A stretch of DNA of 64,000 bases from Naegleria gruberi (lineage: Eukaryota). The notes below the pieces were generated by a model. It did no database searches, was not told the DNA's origin, and saw only the letters and a program-made list of their open reading frames with translations. Position numbers and translations under genes: made by a program. Position 1 is the first letter of the stretch. Each line of letters starts with the position of its first letter. The DNA lies in the NCBI GenBank assembly GCA_000004985.1, contig GG738849.1; one strand, 5' to 3'. Of this stretch, positions 11,703-20,887 are shown piece after piece.

Positions 11703-12503
11703 ATGGTAGAATCTTCATTAAGTATCACAGACGGTATTGAATGGTTGAAGCAAGAACATCAACTTATCAGACAATTATTCGATTCATGGCATAACTCTCA
11801 CATACAGCACGAACGAAATGCTATCGTTGAAAAGTTTATCAGTGAAATCTGTATCCATGCAAGTATTGAGGAAAGATATGTCTATCCATTAATTGAGGAG
11901 AAAGTTCGTGGTAGATATGGTAAACTATTATCAGATAGAAACTATCTCGATGACCAATTGAATAAGGAAATGCTTCAATTCCTAATGGACAATGTCAATG
12001 AATTGAAGAATGATAATGAAAGAAACATGTTCAATAAGGTAGTTGAGAAATTCATCACCATTGAAACTGATCACTTGAAACAAGAGGAGGATGATGTCTT
12101 TCCACTCTTGAAATTAGCACTCACATCTCAAGAGCTGAAAGAAATGTGTGACAATCTCAAGAATGGACGAACATCAGCTCCAACTCATCCTCATCCAATG
12201 AGCCCAATGAAGTTTGGTAGTAAAATCTTGCATCCAATTGCTGGAGCATTCGATAAGATTATGGATAATATGGGAATGGGTCTGAATCAACATTTAGATT
12301 TACCTCCACTTACTGAAACAATTGAAGAATCTGTCAGCACTCAAGCAAAACCATTATTGGAATTTGATACTCCAACTACAATTGGAAATGTTGAGAGTAA
12401 GCAAATGACTGATGTACCATTGACTACCTTGCAAGAACCAAAACAAAAACAACCAATCTATGTGGAGAATGAATCAATTTTCGATACTCCTTCTAATTTG
12501 TAA
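11703..12503 (+). CDS. Hemerythrin-like (HHE cation-binding) domain protein
   Basis: The N-terminal ~150 aa have spaced H/E residues in a four-helix pattern ('IEWLKQEHQLIRQLFD', 'HASIEERYVYP', 'ETDHLKQEEDDVFP') typical of hemerythrin-like domains. The C-terminal tail is low-complexity. Confidence 0.45.
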   Translation: MVESSLSITDGIEWLKQEHQLIRQLFDSWHNSHIQHERNAIVEKFISEICIHASIEERYVYPLIEEKVRGRYGKLLSDRNYLDDQLNKEMLQFLMDNVNELKNDNERNMFNKVVEKFITIETDHLKQEEDDVFPLLKLALTSQELKEMCDNLKNGRTSAPTHPHPMSPMKFGSKILHPIAGAFDKIMDNMGMGLNQHLDLPPLTETIEESVSTQAKPLLEFDTPTTIGNVESKQMTDVPLTTLQEPKQKQPIYVENESIFDTPSNL

Positions 12504-12607
12504 ATATCTTGAATAAAAAACTGCATTGCAAATCTATTGTTTCAATCTTTGTTCATTCCTTGACATTTCAATTCATTTGGTTGTTATTTCATTACAGAAC
12601 TGTTGGT

Positions 12608-14380
12608 TTATTTCTTTTTGGGATTGAAAGAATGAAAAGTCAAACCTGTTGATTGATCCTTAATAGGTTGTTCTGTCTGGTCAAATGAGTGGAAAGTCCA
12701 AGAAGAGGAAGAAATACTAGCCGAATGCATGTTTGATTTCTTAGGAGATTGTTCAGCAGAATTAACGGATGGATAGTTTGCAACAATTTGAATGGGTTGT
12801 GAATTATTGTTCGTCCAAACAGGAGGAGCAGTACCACTAACAATCTGTATTGTTGTTGCAGGTTTTCTTTCCTGTTGTGTTGAATTTGCAACATTGTTAG
12901 CAGTGGTACCTGTTGCTGCTGAGACATTCTTATTGGAAAGTGATGATTGCTGACTATTCGATTGTTGTTGTTGAATTGATAGAGTATTACTTGGAACACA
13001 ACCTTCAAAATCAGAATTTGTAAAGGTTGGGAAATTGCTAGTTACAATAGATTTAGATGATTTGCTAACCTTGGCAGCTGAACCTTCTACATTATTTCCT
13101 GTGCTGTTTCTCTTTTTTGGATTTGGTGAATCGCTATTCTTCATCATTATTTGATTGGATGGCATGTAATCAATGTGTGATAATGGTTGTGCATAATTAT
13201 TGGAATAGTCAGTAATTTTGAATTGACCTAAAGGAGGTTGAGAAACGTGGAATTGATGAGTAATATTCTTAGTAGCATTAGTTTGATTATTATTATTTAC
13301 AATTTGAGTGGACGGTTGTGCCTTAATTGGTTCATAATTTGAAAATTGAATTGTTTGTGACTGATTAGTGGAAGGTTGATAGTTTGTAAATTTAGTATTG
13401 TTTGTTTTTTTCAGTGATGTTACATTTGGTTGTTGCACTGTTTGCTGTTCTGATAAATTAATTGTTGACATCATTGGTGGAGAAGATTGAATTGGTTGTT
13501 GTGGTTGTGGATTTGCAAAATTATGAAATGTAAAATTGTTTGGAATGTTTGATTCTTTTGGTTTGTTGTTCTTCTTCTTGGATTGACCTGGTTGCATGGG
13601 AGACGATTGATTGACTTGTTCAACAAAAACCAGTGGTTGATTATTTATCATTACCTGTTCCGAAATGGTAGTAGTTGTAATAGTGTTATTACCAATTGAT
13701 TGTTGTTGAATTCGTTGTTGATGTTGTGGTTCAAAGACTTGTTGAGAATCATTTCCTCCTTGTTTGTTGAAATTATGGAACACTAGAGTTGTATTCATTC
13801 CATTGTTATTATTATTGGATGACATCAATGTTGTCTTTGATTGTTGTTGTTGAATGGATATCATATTATTAGAAGATGGAAGGAGGGAATAATTATTATT
13901 CAATGATGGTGATGATGTACTAGTGGTGGTGGTTATGATTGTTTGTTGTAAATTATTGTTATCCTCTCCATTCTGATTGATGGAGGATGTATTATTTCTA
14001 TTCAGCATTGAAAGTATCACCGATTGATTGTTATTATTACTTGCACTCATCAGCATGATATTATTATTAGTCTTATTAATATTCATTTGTATCGATGGTG
14101 GTATATTCTCAAGAGTGTTGTTATCTTTTGATTGAATTGTTGATGTGATTGTTGTTGTTGGTGGTGGTGGTTGATAGTTTACATTTGAACAAGTATCATT
14201 GGTAAGGGTTTCTTCCCCTCCGCTTATTGGTAGAGTTGTTAAGTTATCATTGGTGGAAGCTTCTACATTCTGACCATCAGATGGTTCCATGACATTCCTC
14301 AGCAATGATGATGCCGATTCTGATTCTGATGCTGGCGATGGTGCAATATTATTGAATTGCTGACTTGTTGCTTGGCTCAT
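12608..14380 (-). CDS. N/Q/S/T-rich low-complexity protein with recurring (T)FH(N/S)F short motifs
   Basis: A 590-aa ORF with poly-N and poly-Q runs. The motifs 'VFHNFNK', 'FTFHNFANP', 'THQFHV', 'WTFHSFDQ' and 'LTFHSFNP' recur. Confidence 0.4.
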   Translation of the reverse strand: MSQATSQQFNNIAPSPASESESASSLLRNVMEPSDGQNVEASTNDNLTTLPISGGEETLTNDTCSNVNYQPPPPTTTITSTIQSKDNNTLENIPPSIQMNINKTNNNIMLMSASNNNNQSVILSMLNRNNTSSINQNGEDNNNLQQTIITTTTSTSSPSLNNNYSLLPSSNNMISIQQQQSKTTLMSSNNNNNGMNTTLVFHNFNKQGGNDSQQVFEPQHQQRIQQQSIGNNTITTTTISEQVMINNQPLVFVEQVNQSSPMQPGQSKKKNNKPKESNIPNNFTFHNFANPQPQQPIQSSPPMMSTINLSEQQTVQQPNVTSLKKTNNTKFTNYQPSTNQSQTIQFSNYEPIKAQPSTQIVNNNNQTNATKNITHQFHVSQPPLGQFKITDYSNNYAQPLSHIDYMPSNQIMMKNSDSPNPKKRNSTGNNVEGSAAKVSKSSKSIVTSNFPTFTNSDFEGCVPSNTLSIQQQQSNSQQSSLSNKNVSAATGTTANNVANSTQQERKPATTIQIVSGTAPPVWTNNNSQPIQIVANYPSVNSAEQSPKKSNMHSASISSSSWTFHSFDQTEQPIKDQSTGLTFHSFNPKKK

Positions 14381-14561
14381 TTTTTTATGCTATTTGCCAT
14401 TTGGGTAGGGAAGTACAAATTTGTAGCATGTTCTAAAAAGCTCAAAAATTCGCAATAAGGAATAAGGGTTTGAATCTTTACAAATAATATTATAATGAGA
14501 ATAAATTACATGGACAATTAACAATATAATAGGTCATTGTTGTAATTCGTTAACAATTTTA

Positions 14562-15455
14562 CTAGAGAACGTCCTCATCATCATCAAACATGTTATTTGA
14601 ACTCATTCCCTCACCAGACATGTCTTCTTCACTGGTGGGTGAATTAATAATGTCAATATATATCTCTGATTGTTGCTCTCTTTTAACTAAAAAATCAATT
14701 TCAACCTGAGACATTAAGCCATTACCATCAAATGATAAAGTATGATTGGTGGCAAATGCTGGTTTGTTTAAATAACTTTGGAAAGTAATCTTTACCTTGA
14801 CTGTGAAATATCCCCAACCAAATCTTGTCAACTCAAATGGTGCTTTATCCACAACAACTACATTGGGTTTAAATGTTGGATGAAGTCTATATTCTACACT
14901 ATGAATGAAATCCGAAACATTCTCTCGACTGTCCATTCTGACAAACATGGTCCACTTGTGAATGTTTTGATCCGACCTAGATATTACCGTATGCTCGTTT
15001 CCAATAAAGAATGACTTACGAATTGTTTGTGTCTGTACATATTCTCTTCTCTCCTTCTCCACTTCCAATCTTCTCATCTCGTATTGTTCTTTAAAAAGCA
15101 TGGGTAGTACATTCCGAAGTGTTAAAAGAGGACGAATATTCTTTAACGTAATCAGTGAATTATTACCATCACTGAATGGGGCTCTACAACAGGGACATGC
15201 ATTCATAGAACCATTACTAGCTAATAATCTTTCAATGCAAAATTTACAAAAGGTGTGACCACAGTGGAATCCTACAGGTTCGTATAATAAATTTAAACAG
15301 AGTGGACATTCAAAATCTGATATTACCGGATTACTGTTGTTGTTGTTATTACTACTATTTATCGGAGTGGTGTTATTTCCTGTGCTTGTTTGTTGACGTG
15401 ATGTGGTTGTTGTTGTTAATGGATTCAGACTGTTGTTATTATTATTGATAAACAT
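14562..15455 (-). CDS. RING (C3HC4) finger fused to a C-terminal YEATS domain
   Basis: 'CPLCLNLLYEPVGFHCGHTFCKFCIERL...CPCCR' is a canonical RING. 'HKWTMFVRMD...VEYRLHPTFKPNVVVVDKAPFELTRFGWGYFTVKVKITF' matches the YEATS core (H-W-T-V, LH.SF, PFE.TE.GWGEF.I.I.IFF). Confidence 0.65.
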   Translation of the reverse strand: MFINNNNNSLNPLTTTTTSRQQTSTGNNTTPINSSNNNNNSNPVISDFECPLCLNLLYEPVGFHCGHTFCKFCIERLLASNGSMNACPCCRAPFSDGNNSLITLKNIRPLLTLRNVLPMLFKEQYEMRRLEVEKERREYVQTQTIRKSFFIGNEHTVISRSDQNIHKWTMFVRMDSRENVSDFIHSVEYRLHPTFKPNVVVVDKAPFELTRFGWGYFTVKVKITFQSYLNKPAFATNHTLSFDGNGLMSQVEIDFLVKREQQSEIYIDIINSPTSEEDMSGEGMSSNNMFDDDEDVL

Positions 15456-16055
15456 AATTTAAATTAATATTATATTAATGTACAAGGAAAGTTGATGAAA
15501 AAATCGAAAAATTGCAAAGCAACAGTTAGGAAATTGCTGCGTTTACTTTTTTTCTTTTTTTTATTTAAATTCGTTAAACAACATATCAAATTTCTGGTTA
15601 TAAGCTTGAAACATGTTTTTTGATTAAAGATGACTTGCAAGGTTCACCACTGAGTTTGTTTGCTTTTTGGTATTATCAAGGAATTTCCTCTCTTATTTAC
15701 AAATATGATTGGCGCAACAAAGTCATACAATTAAGGGTTTTACTTAAGTTCTGTAATTGTAATCAAAATGTTCAGTAGTTAATGTTCTTACTTCGTCGCC
15801 AAGTACCCACTATTAATAATAGTCTTGATGGAATCTTACCAAAGAAATAATAGAAGGTAACTAGAAGGATCGATACCAACAACCATTGGGCACCAACCTT
15901 TAATGAACACACCTGCTGTTACCCAGGTAATGAAAAACTTGTCGATTGGATGAACTAAAAAACACTTTGAAAAAAATATCATCATCGCCAAATTAGCTTG
16001 CACAAACAAGTTCGTTGCTGAATCTTTGATTATCCCATAGCACTCTAGACATTTA

Positions 16056-18456
16056 ATGCTTCCACAACAAGGAATGACTTCAGGTACATCTGCTTCATCC
16101 TCTATCAGTGGTACTGAGCACGTTAATTTTCAGGAAATTGTTTCATCACTCCATAATGAAAATGCTATAGAATCAGCCCTTTACAAGGATGCTTCCAATG
16201 TTATCACTGATAGATTGGAGTTTGGCATTACTGTTGATGCTATTCTTGTTAAACCTAATGTTGAAGGAAGTAATGATACCGTTGTTGAAAAGATTTGCAA
16301 TGCTGTCAATGAAAATGGTGTTTCTATGCTCAGATCAGCTCTCGGAACAACAGTCATTGATCAAGGTACTATTAGAGTTGTTATGCACAATGGTCGTGTT
16401 GAAGTTTGTGGACCAGGTAAGTTTTATTGTGGTTGTGATGAAATTTTTAACACATACTTTTGGATATTCTTCCAATATCATGTTGTGATGATCATTTCTA
16501 CCATTATAATTTACATTGAAATAATAACAGGAAGATACATGAGAATTAATCCAAGAGCTCACTGGAGTGACACCTACAATTTGGAAAATGATGTTATTGT
16601 TCACGAAACTTTGAAAATTATTCGTATAAGAAAGGGTTATTATGGCTTGGCTAATTTGAACGGACAACCTTTAATTCTCGGAGAGGGTTTGCACGTTAGA
16701 AATACCAGATTATTCTCTTTTAAGGAAGCTAAGGAAATTAACCAAGAAAGAATTGAACATGGTACCATTAATATTTTGAGAATTCCTCAAGGGTACTATG
16801 GTAAGGTTATTGAGAATAACATTCCTAAATTGTTGAAGGCAGGTAATTATGTCGTTGATAGTGCTCTCTTCAGTTATCATGGTTTAGTTTCAATTAACGA
16901 AACTCATATCAAGCACTCTACCATTCAAATTATCAGAATTCCAAAGAGTTCTATTGGTTTAGTCACTGTTGGAACCAAGCCTTCATTATTGCAAGAAGGA
17001 TTGTATATTTTCAATGATCAAAATGTTACTTATAATGGAATGAAGGATATTACAGACTCAGTAATTAGACATCCTCCAATTACTAGATTTAGAGTTACTT
17101 TGGGTGAGTTGGCTCTCTGTTGGTACAAGAGTGTCCCTGTCTTTATTTCTGGTGAGTAGTTTTTCTTGATTGTTATGATGATTTTAACACTTTTCAATCC
17201 AGAACCTCAAGTTTATGAAGTTAACAGTACTGACTTTTTATTCGAAAAGTGTGTACCTGTGAAAACCAAGACTATTATTTTGGGTTCATCAATGAGAATT
17301 ATTGTTAATGAAGGTGAAGTTTGTGTTACTTACAAACGAGGTAAACTGGATATTCTTAATCCAGGTACCTTTGTTTTCACTAATGAATTGGATCGTACAT
17401 TCGAATCATACATGTCAACTAGATTAATGTCCATTCCTTTGATTGAAGATGTTTCCAAGGAAACCTTCTTGAGATGTGACACTCGTGACTTTGTTGAAGT
17501 TGGTATTAGAGCTGCTGTTTCATTTAGAATTTCTGATCCAAAATTGACTTTAACTATTGGTAAGTAGTAGTATTTTTGAAAACAGTTCTTATATCTTCTC
17601 AGTTGGTAATGAAGCTCAAACCATCAAATTAATTAAGGATCAAAGTATTGCTGCTTTGCAAGCCATTGTTAGATCTACTGCATTGAATCAATTGGCTCAA
17701 AACAAGACCATTCCAGCCTCTGAACTTAAAGAACAAAATACTCAAACAAGTGATCACAGTGATCCTAATGTTTCTTCAAATCCATCAGCTCCACAATTCT
17801 TTGAAAACCTTCACGATGAATTCATTTCAAAACTCCATGACACCTTCAAGAAGAGTTATGGTATTGAAATTGATAATATCCGTATTGAAGATTTCCAAAT
17901 TATAAATCAAGAATTGGCAACAAACATTTCCAAACAAGCCATCATTACTGCTGAAACCAGTACCAAATTGGCCAACTTGGAAGCTCAAAGAGAAATTGAA
18001 TTGGCTGGTCAAGAAAGATTGAATTCTATCAACTCTATCAAGGCTACTGCTGAAGCTTTCAAATTAAAGACTGAAACTGAAGCCAAGAATAATGCTACCA
18101 TTATTGAAGCTGAAACTAAGGCCATTGAAATCAAGACACTTGCCAAGGCCAGAGCTGAAGCTCTCACTATTGAAGCAGAAGCTGAAGCCAAAGCTATTGA
18201 AATTAAGGCTCTTGCTGAAAAGAAGAGAGCTGAATATTTGAGTTCAACTGAATTTGGTAAACAAGAAGCTCTCTTGACAAAACACCACGACATGGTTGTT
18301 CAAGCCATGAAGAGTGTTTCTCAAGTTGTTTACCTTCCTAGTGATGCAAATATGGGTTGCTTGCCTTTGCAAATGTTTGGCATGCAAGGTGGAATTCCTA
18401 ATTTCGATAGTATTACTAAGGATGCTGGCAGAAGTAATGGTAGAAAAAAAGACTAA
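16056..18456 (+). CDS. SPFH-superfamily protein, flotillin/vacuolin/major-vault-protein-like, in four exons. It has internal ~50-aa beta repeats and an EA-rich C-terminal helix.
   Basis: Exon 1 is 16056..16416 (donor G|GTAAGT). Exon 2 is 16531..17159 (acceptor AACAG, donor G|GTGAGT). Exon 3 is 17211..17559 (donor G|GTAAGT). Exon 4 is 17603..18456. The repeats are 'IIRIRKGYYGL', 'ILRIPQGYYGKV' and 'IIRIPKSSIGLV'. The C-terminus, 'EAEAEAKAIEIKALAEKKRAEY', is like the flotillin domain or the MVP cap helix. Confidence 0.55.
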
Positions 18457-19099
18457 GACTCTAAGTAATTTGTAAATAAAATAGAAAAGATTGTAATAAT
18501 TACATTTTTAATAAATATCAATCACTGCTTCCTCCATAAATCGGATAACAAAAAATCAACTGTTTCATGATTGATGTGTGACTTTTTGACTCTTCATCAA
18601 GCAAAAAACAAGACTGAAAACCAATAAGAATCAAAAAAATGATCACATCCACACTCCTCTTCTCTCTCCACATTGGAATCAGTTATTACAAACATTATTC
18701 CTTTGTGAGTGGATATAATCAAGTAATGGAAAAACACAAACAAACTTTTGTGACCGATGAAACTCTACTCACCATTCTATCACCCTATTTTCTATTGTTA
18801 ATATTGGAAAATATTCTATCGAGTATATTATTGGATTTACCTATTGTATTATTATTGGCTATTAGTTTATTAATTGGTATGTGTATTAATCTATCATTAT
18901 TAAAACAGTTTAAATATATATTAACATTTTATAACAATATATATAATCATCAAAATATTAACATTTTACAATCTATTATCAATATATATTTGTTTTTAAT
19001 ATATGAAAAGTTGGAGGATTATATTATAAGAAACCATCTCCTATTGTTAGTGTAGCGTCATCCTCATCAACATCATCCTCATTAACTATATATTCAATT

Positions 19100-20815
19100 G
19101 TGTCCAATCTTGTTATTGACAGTTTATTCATTTCACTTTTATTAATTGAATCAAGTGGAAATTTCTACAAAATCCTATTAGCAATCATGTATATTATTAC
19201 TGCCTTTGGACTTGTCAAGACACTTTCCTATACCATCTACTATTCACATACTCAATTACTTGTCAAATTAGCTCAATTTTTCATTCCAATTAGAATTAAT
19301 TCTGAAATTAGACAAATTGCTCATGATTTGTACAAATTTGATTTTAATTCTTTGATTGCCTATGTAATGACTTTATTTTCTATTGTAATTATATTGTTAC
19401 CTTTGGCATCTGGTGGTCAGGAATTGAAAGGAAAGTTGATTATTTTATTTGGAACTAGTTTATTACAATTAGTTCATTTACCACAAATTCAACATTATTT
19501 ACAAAAAGCAATTTCATTGGATGAATTTGTTAAATCTAAATTGACTAGTATTGTTCCTGTTGGTGGTAGTACTGAACATTCTCAACCAAAGACAAGCCAA
19601 GTAGTTTCGAATATTTCCTCCTCATCTTCTGTTAAAGAAAAGGCTAAATTATTCGAAAATAATAAGGAACAACCACAACAACAACCTATTGTTGAAAAGA
19701 AGCCAGTTATTGTCAAGAAACCAATTGAACAACCTTCAGCAACTAGTCAACCTGCTCAACCAAAACAAGTTTCCAAATTGGCCTCAACTAGTACAACATC
19801 TTCTACTATTGAAAAGGAACAACCAACCATTGTAAAACCTTCTACTGTAGTTGCCACTGAATCTATTTCTAAGAAACCAGTTGAAAAGCCTTCAAATAAT
19901 ATTCCAACTAGTCAACCAGAAATTTCTAAACCAATTATTCCAAAAGAAACAATTCCACCAAAAGAAGATACCAAATTAACTATCACACCATCAGAATCTT
20001 CTACTAATGCTGCCAATGTGAGTGGTGGTGTTAAAATTTCCAAACTCAATCTCTCACAACTTTCCAATATTCCACCTTCCACTGATAATGCAACTTCTGC
20101 TGAAACTCTTTCATCTGCCAGAGATTCTTCACGTGACAGTGGTTCTCTCTCAGCTAGACGTTCAGGTTCCTTTGTAAATATCATGAAAAATGTTCAATCT
20201 CCAAGGGATTCAATGAATTCACCTCGAAATACTTCAGCACTTGATGGAGTGACAAGTCCACGTGGTACTGCTTTGTTATCACCAAGAAATAGTAGTAATT
20301 TCAGTCAGATTGCTGAGAGAATGAAACAAAAATTGAATTTGAAACCTAAAGTTGAATCAAATGGGCCAGTGGTTGAAAGTTCATCTACTCAATTGGGACA
20401 AACTCAAAAATTGCATGAATCTCCTAATACTATGGACAAATTCAAGAAGGCTAAACTGGCTCAACCTCGTAAAGAACGTACACGTGCCAATGTCAAACAA
20501 TTACTCAATAACGTCCAAGAATCCAATGAAAATTTAATAGAGCTACCTAAACAAGACGATTTTGAAAAATTAGAACAAGCATCTAAAAATGAAAAGAAAT
20601 TTGGACTCACCAATCCAATCTTTAGATTACCTCCTCCTCAATCATCTATTTTACCATCTGCATCCTCAACTGTTGAAGAAAAAGAAGAAAAAAAGGTTAA
20701 TCTCGATAAGGTTATTGGAAAATCAAAACAACAACAAGGAATGGGTGGAATTGACTTACAATCTGTATTGAATGCAAGAAACAAATTAAAGAAAACAGGA
20801 GAAGAATTGAAATAA
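19100..20815 (+). CDS. Multi-pass membrane protein with a long S/T/P/K-rich C-terminal tail. The 5' end is uncertain and may include a small exon near 18639.
   Basis: There are three or four hydrophobic helices at the N-terminus, followed by about 400 aa of low-complexity S/T/P-rich sequence. The frame stays open upstream of 19100. Confidence 0.35.
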   Translation: MSNLVIDSLFISLLLIESSGNFYKILLAIMYIITAFGLVKTLSYTIYYSHTQLLVKLAQFFIPIRINSEIRQIAHDLYKFDFNSLIAYVMTLFSIVIILLPLASGGQELKGKLIILFGTSLLQLVHLPQIQHYLQKAISLDEFVKSKLTSIVPVGGSTEHSQPKTSQVVSNISSSSSVKEKAKLFENNKEQPQQQPIVEKKPVIVKKPIEQPSATSQPAQPKQVSKLASTSTTSSTIEKEQPTIVKPSTVVATESISKKPVEKPSNNIPTSQPEISKPIIPKETIPPKEDTKLTITPSESSTNAANVSGGVKISKLNLSQLSNIPPSTDNATSAETLSSARDSSRDSGSLSARRSGSFVNIMKNVQSPRDSMNSPRNTSALDGVTSPRGTALLSPRNSSNFSQIAERMKQKLNLKPKVESNGPVVESSSTQLGQTQKLHESPNTMDKFKKAKLAQPRKERTRANVKQLLNNVQESNENLIELPKQDDFEKLEQASKNEKKFGLTNPIFRLPPPQSSILPSASSTVEEKEEKKVNLDKVIGKSKQQQGMGGIDLQSVLNARNKLKKTGEELK

Positions 20816-20887
20816 ATATCCAATAAAACATTTCCATCAAAAATCATTAAAATGTCATTTTGAAATCGTCAACTTTCTAGAAAAAAA

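Noticed and set aside
12640-13008. Antisense or overlapping small ORFs inside large genes. Examples are 12640..13008, 28831..29178, 24404..24694, 36996..37235, 40455..41630 and 32275..32823.
   Set aside because: They lie within, or opposite, long well-supported coding regions. Their composition is driven by the low-complexity or repeat DNA of the host gene (for example the Ser/His-rich antisense of the acidic repeats at 40768..41739). They have no independent support.
18639-19055. A 138-aa ORF as a complete gene
   Set aside because: Most of it is extreme AT/TA-rich sequence that looks non-coding. At most the first ~22 codons, up to a GTGAGT donor, are plausible as an exon.
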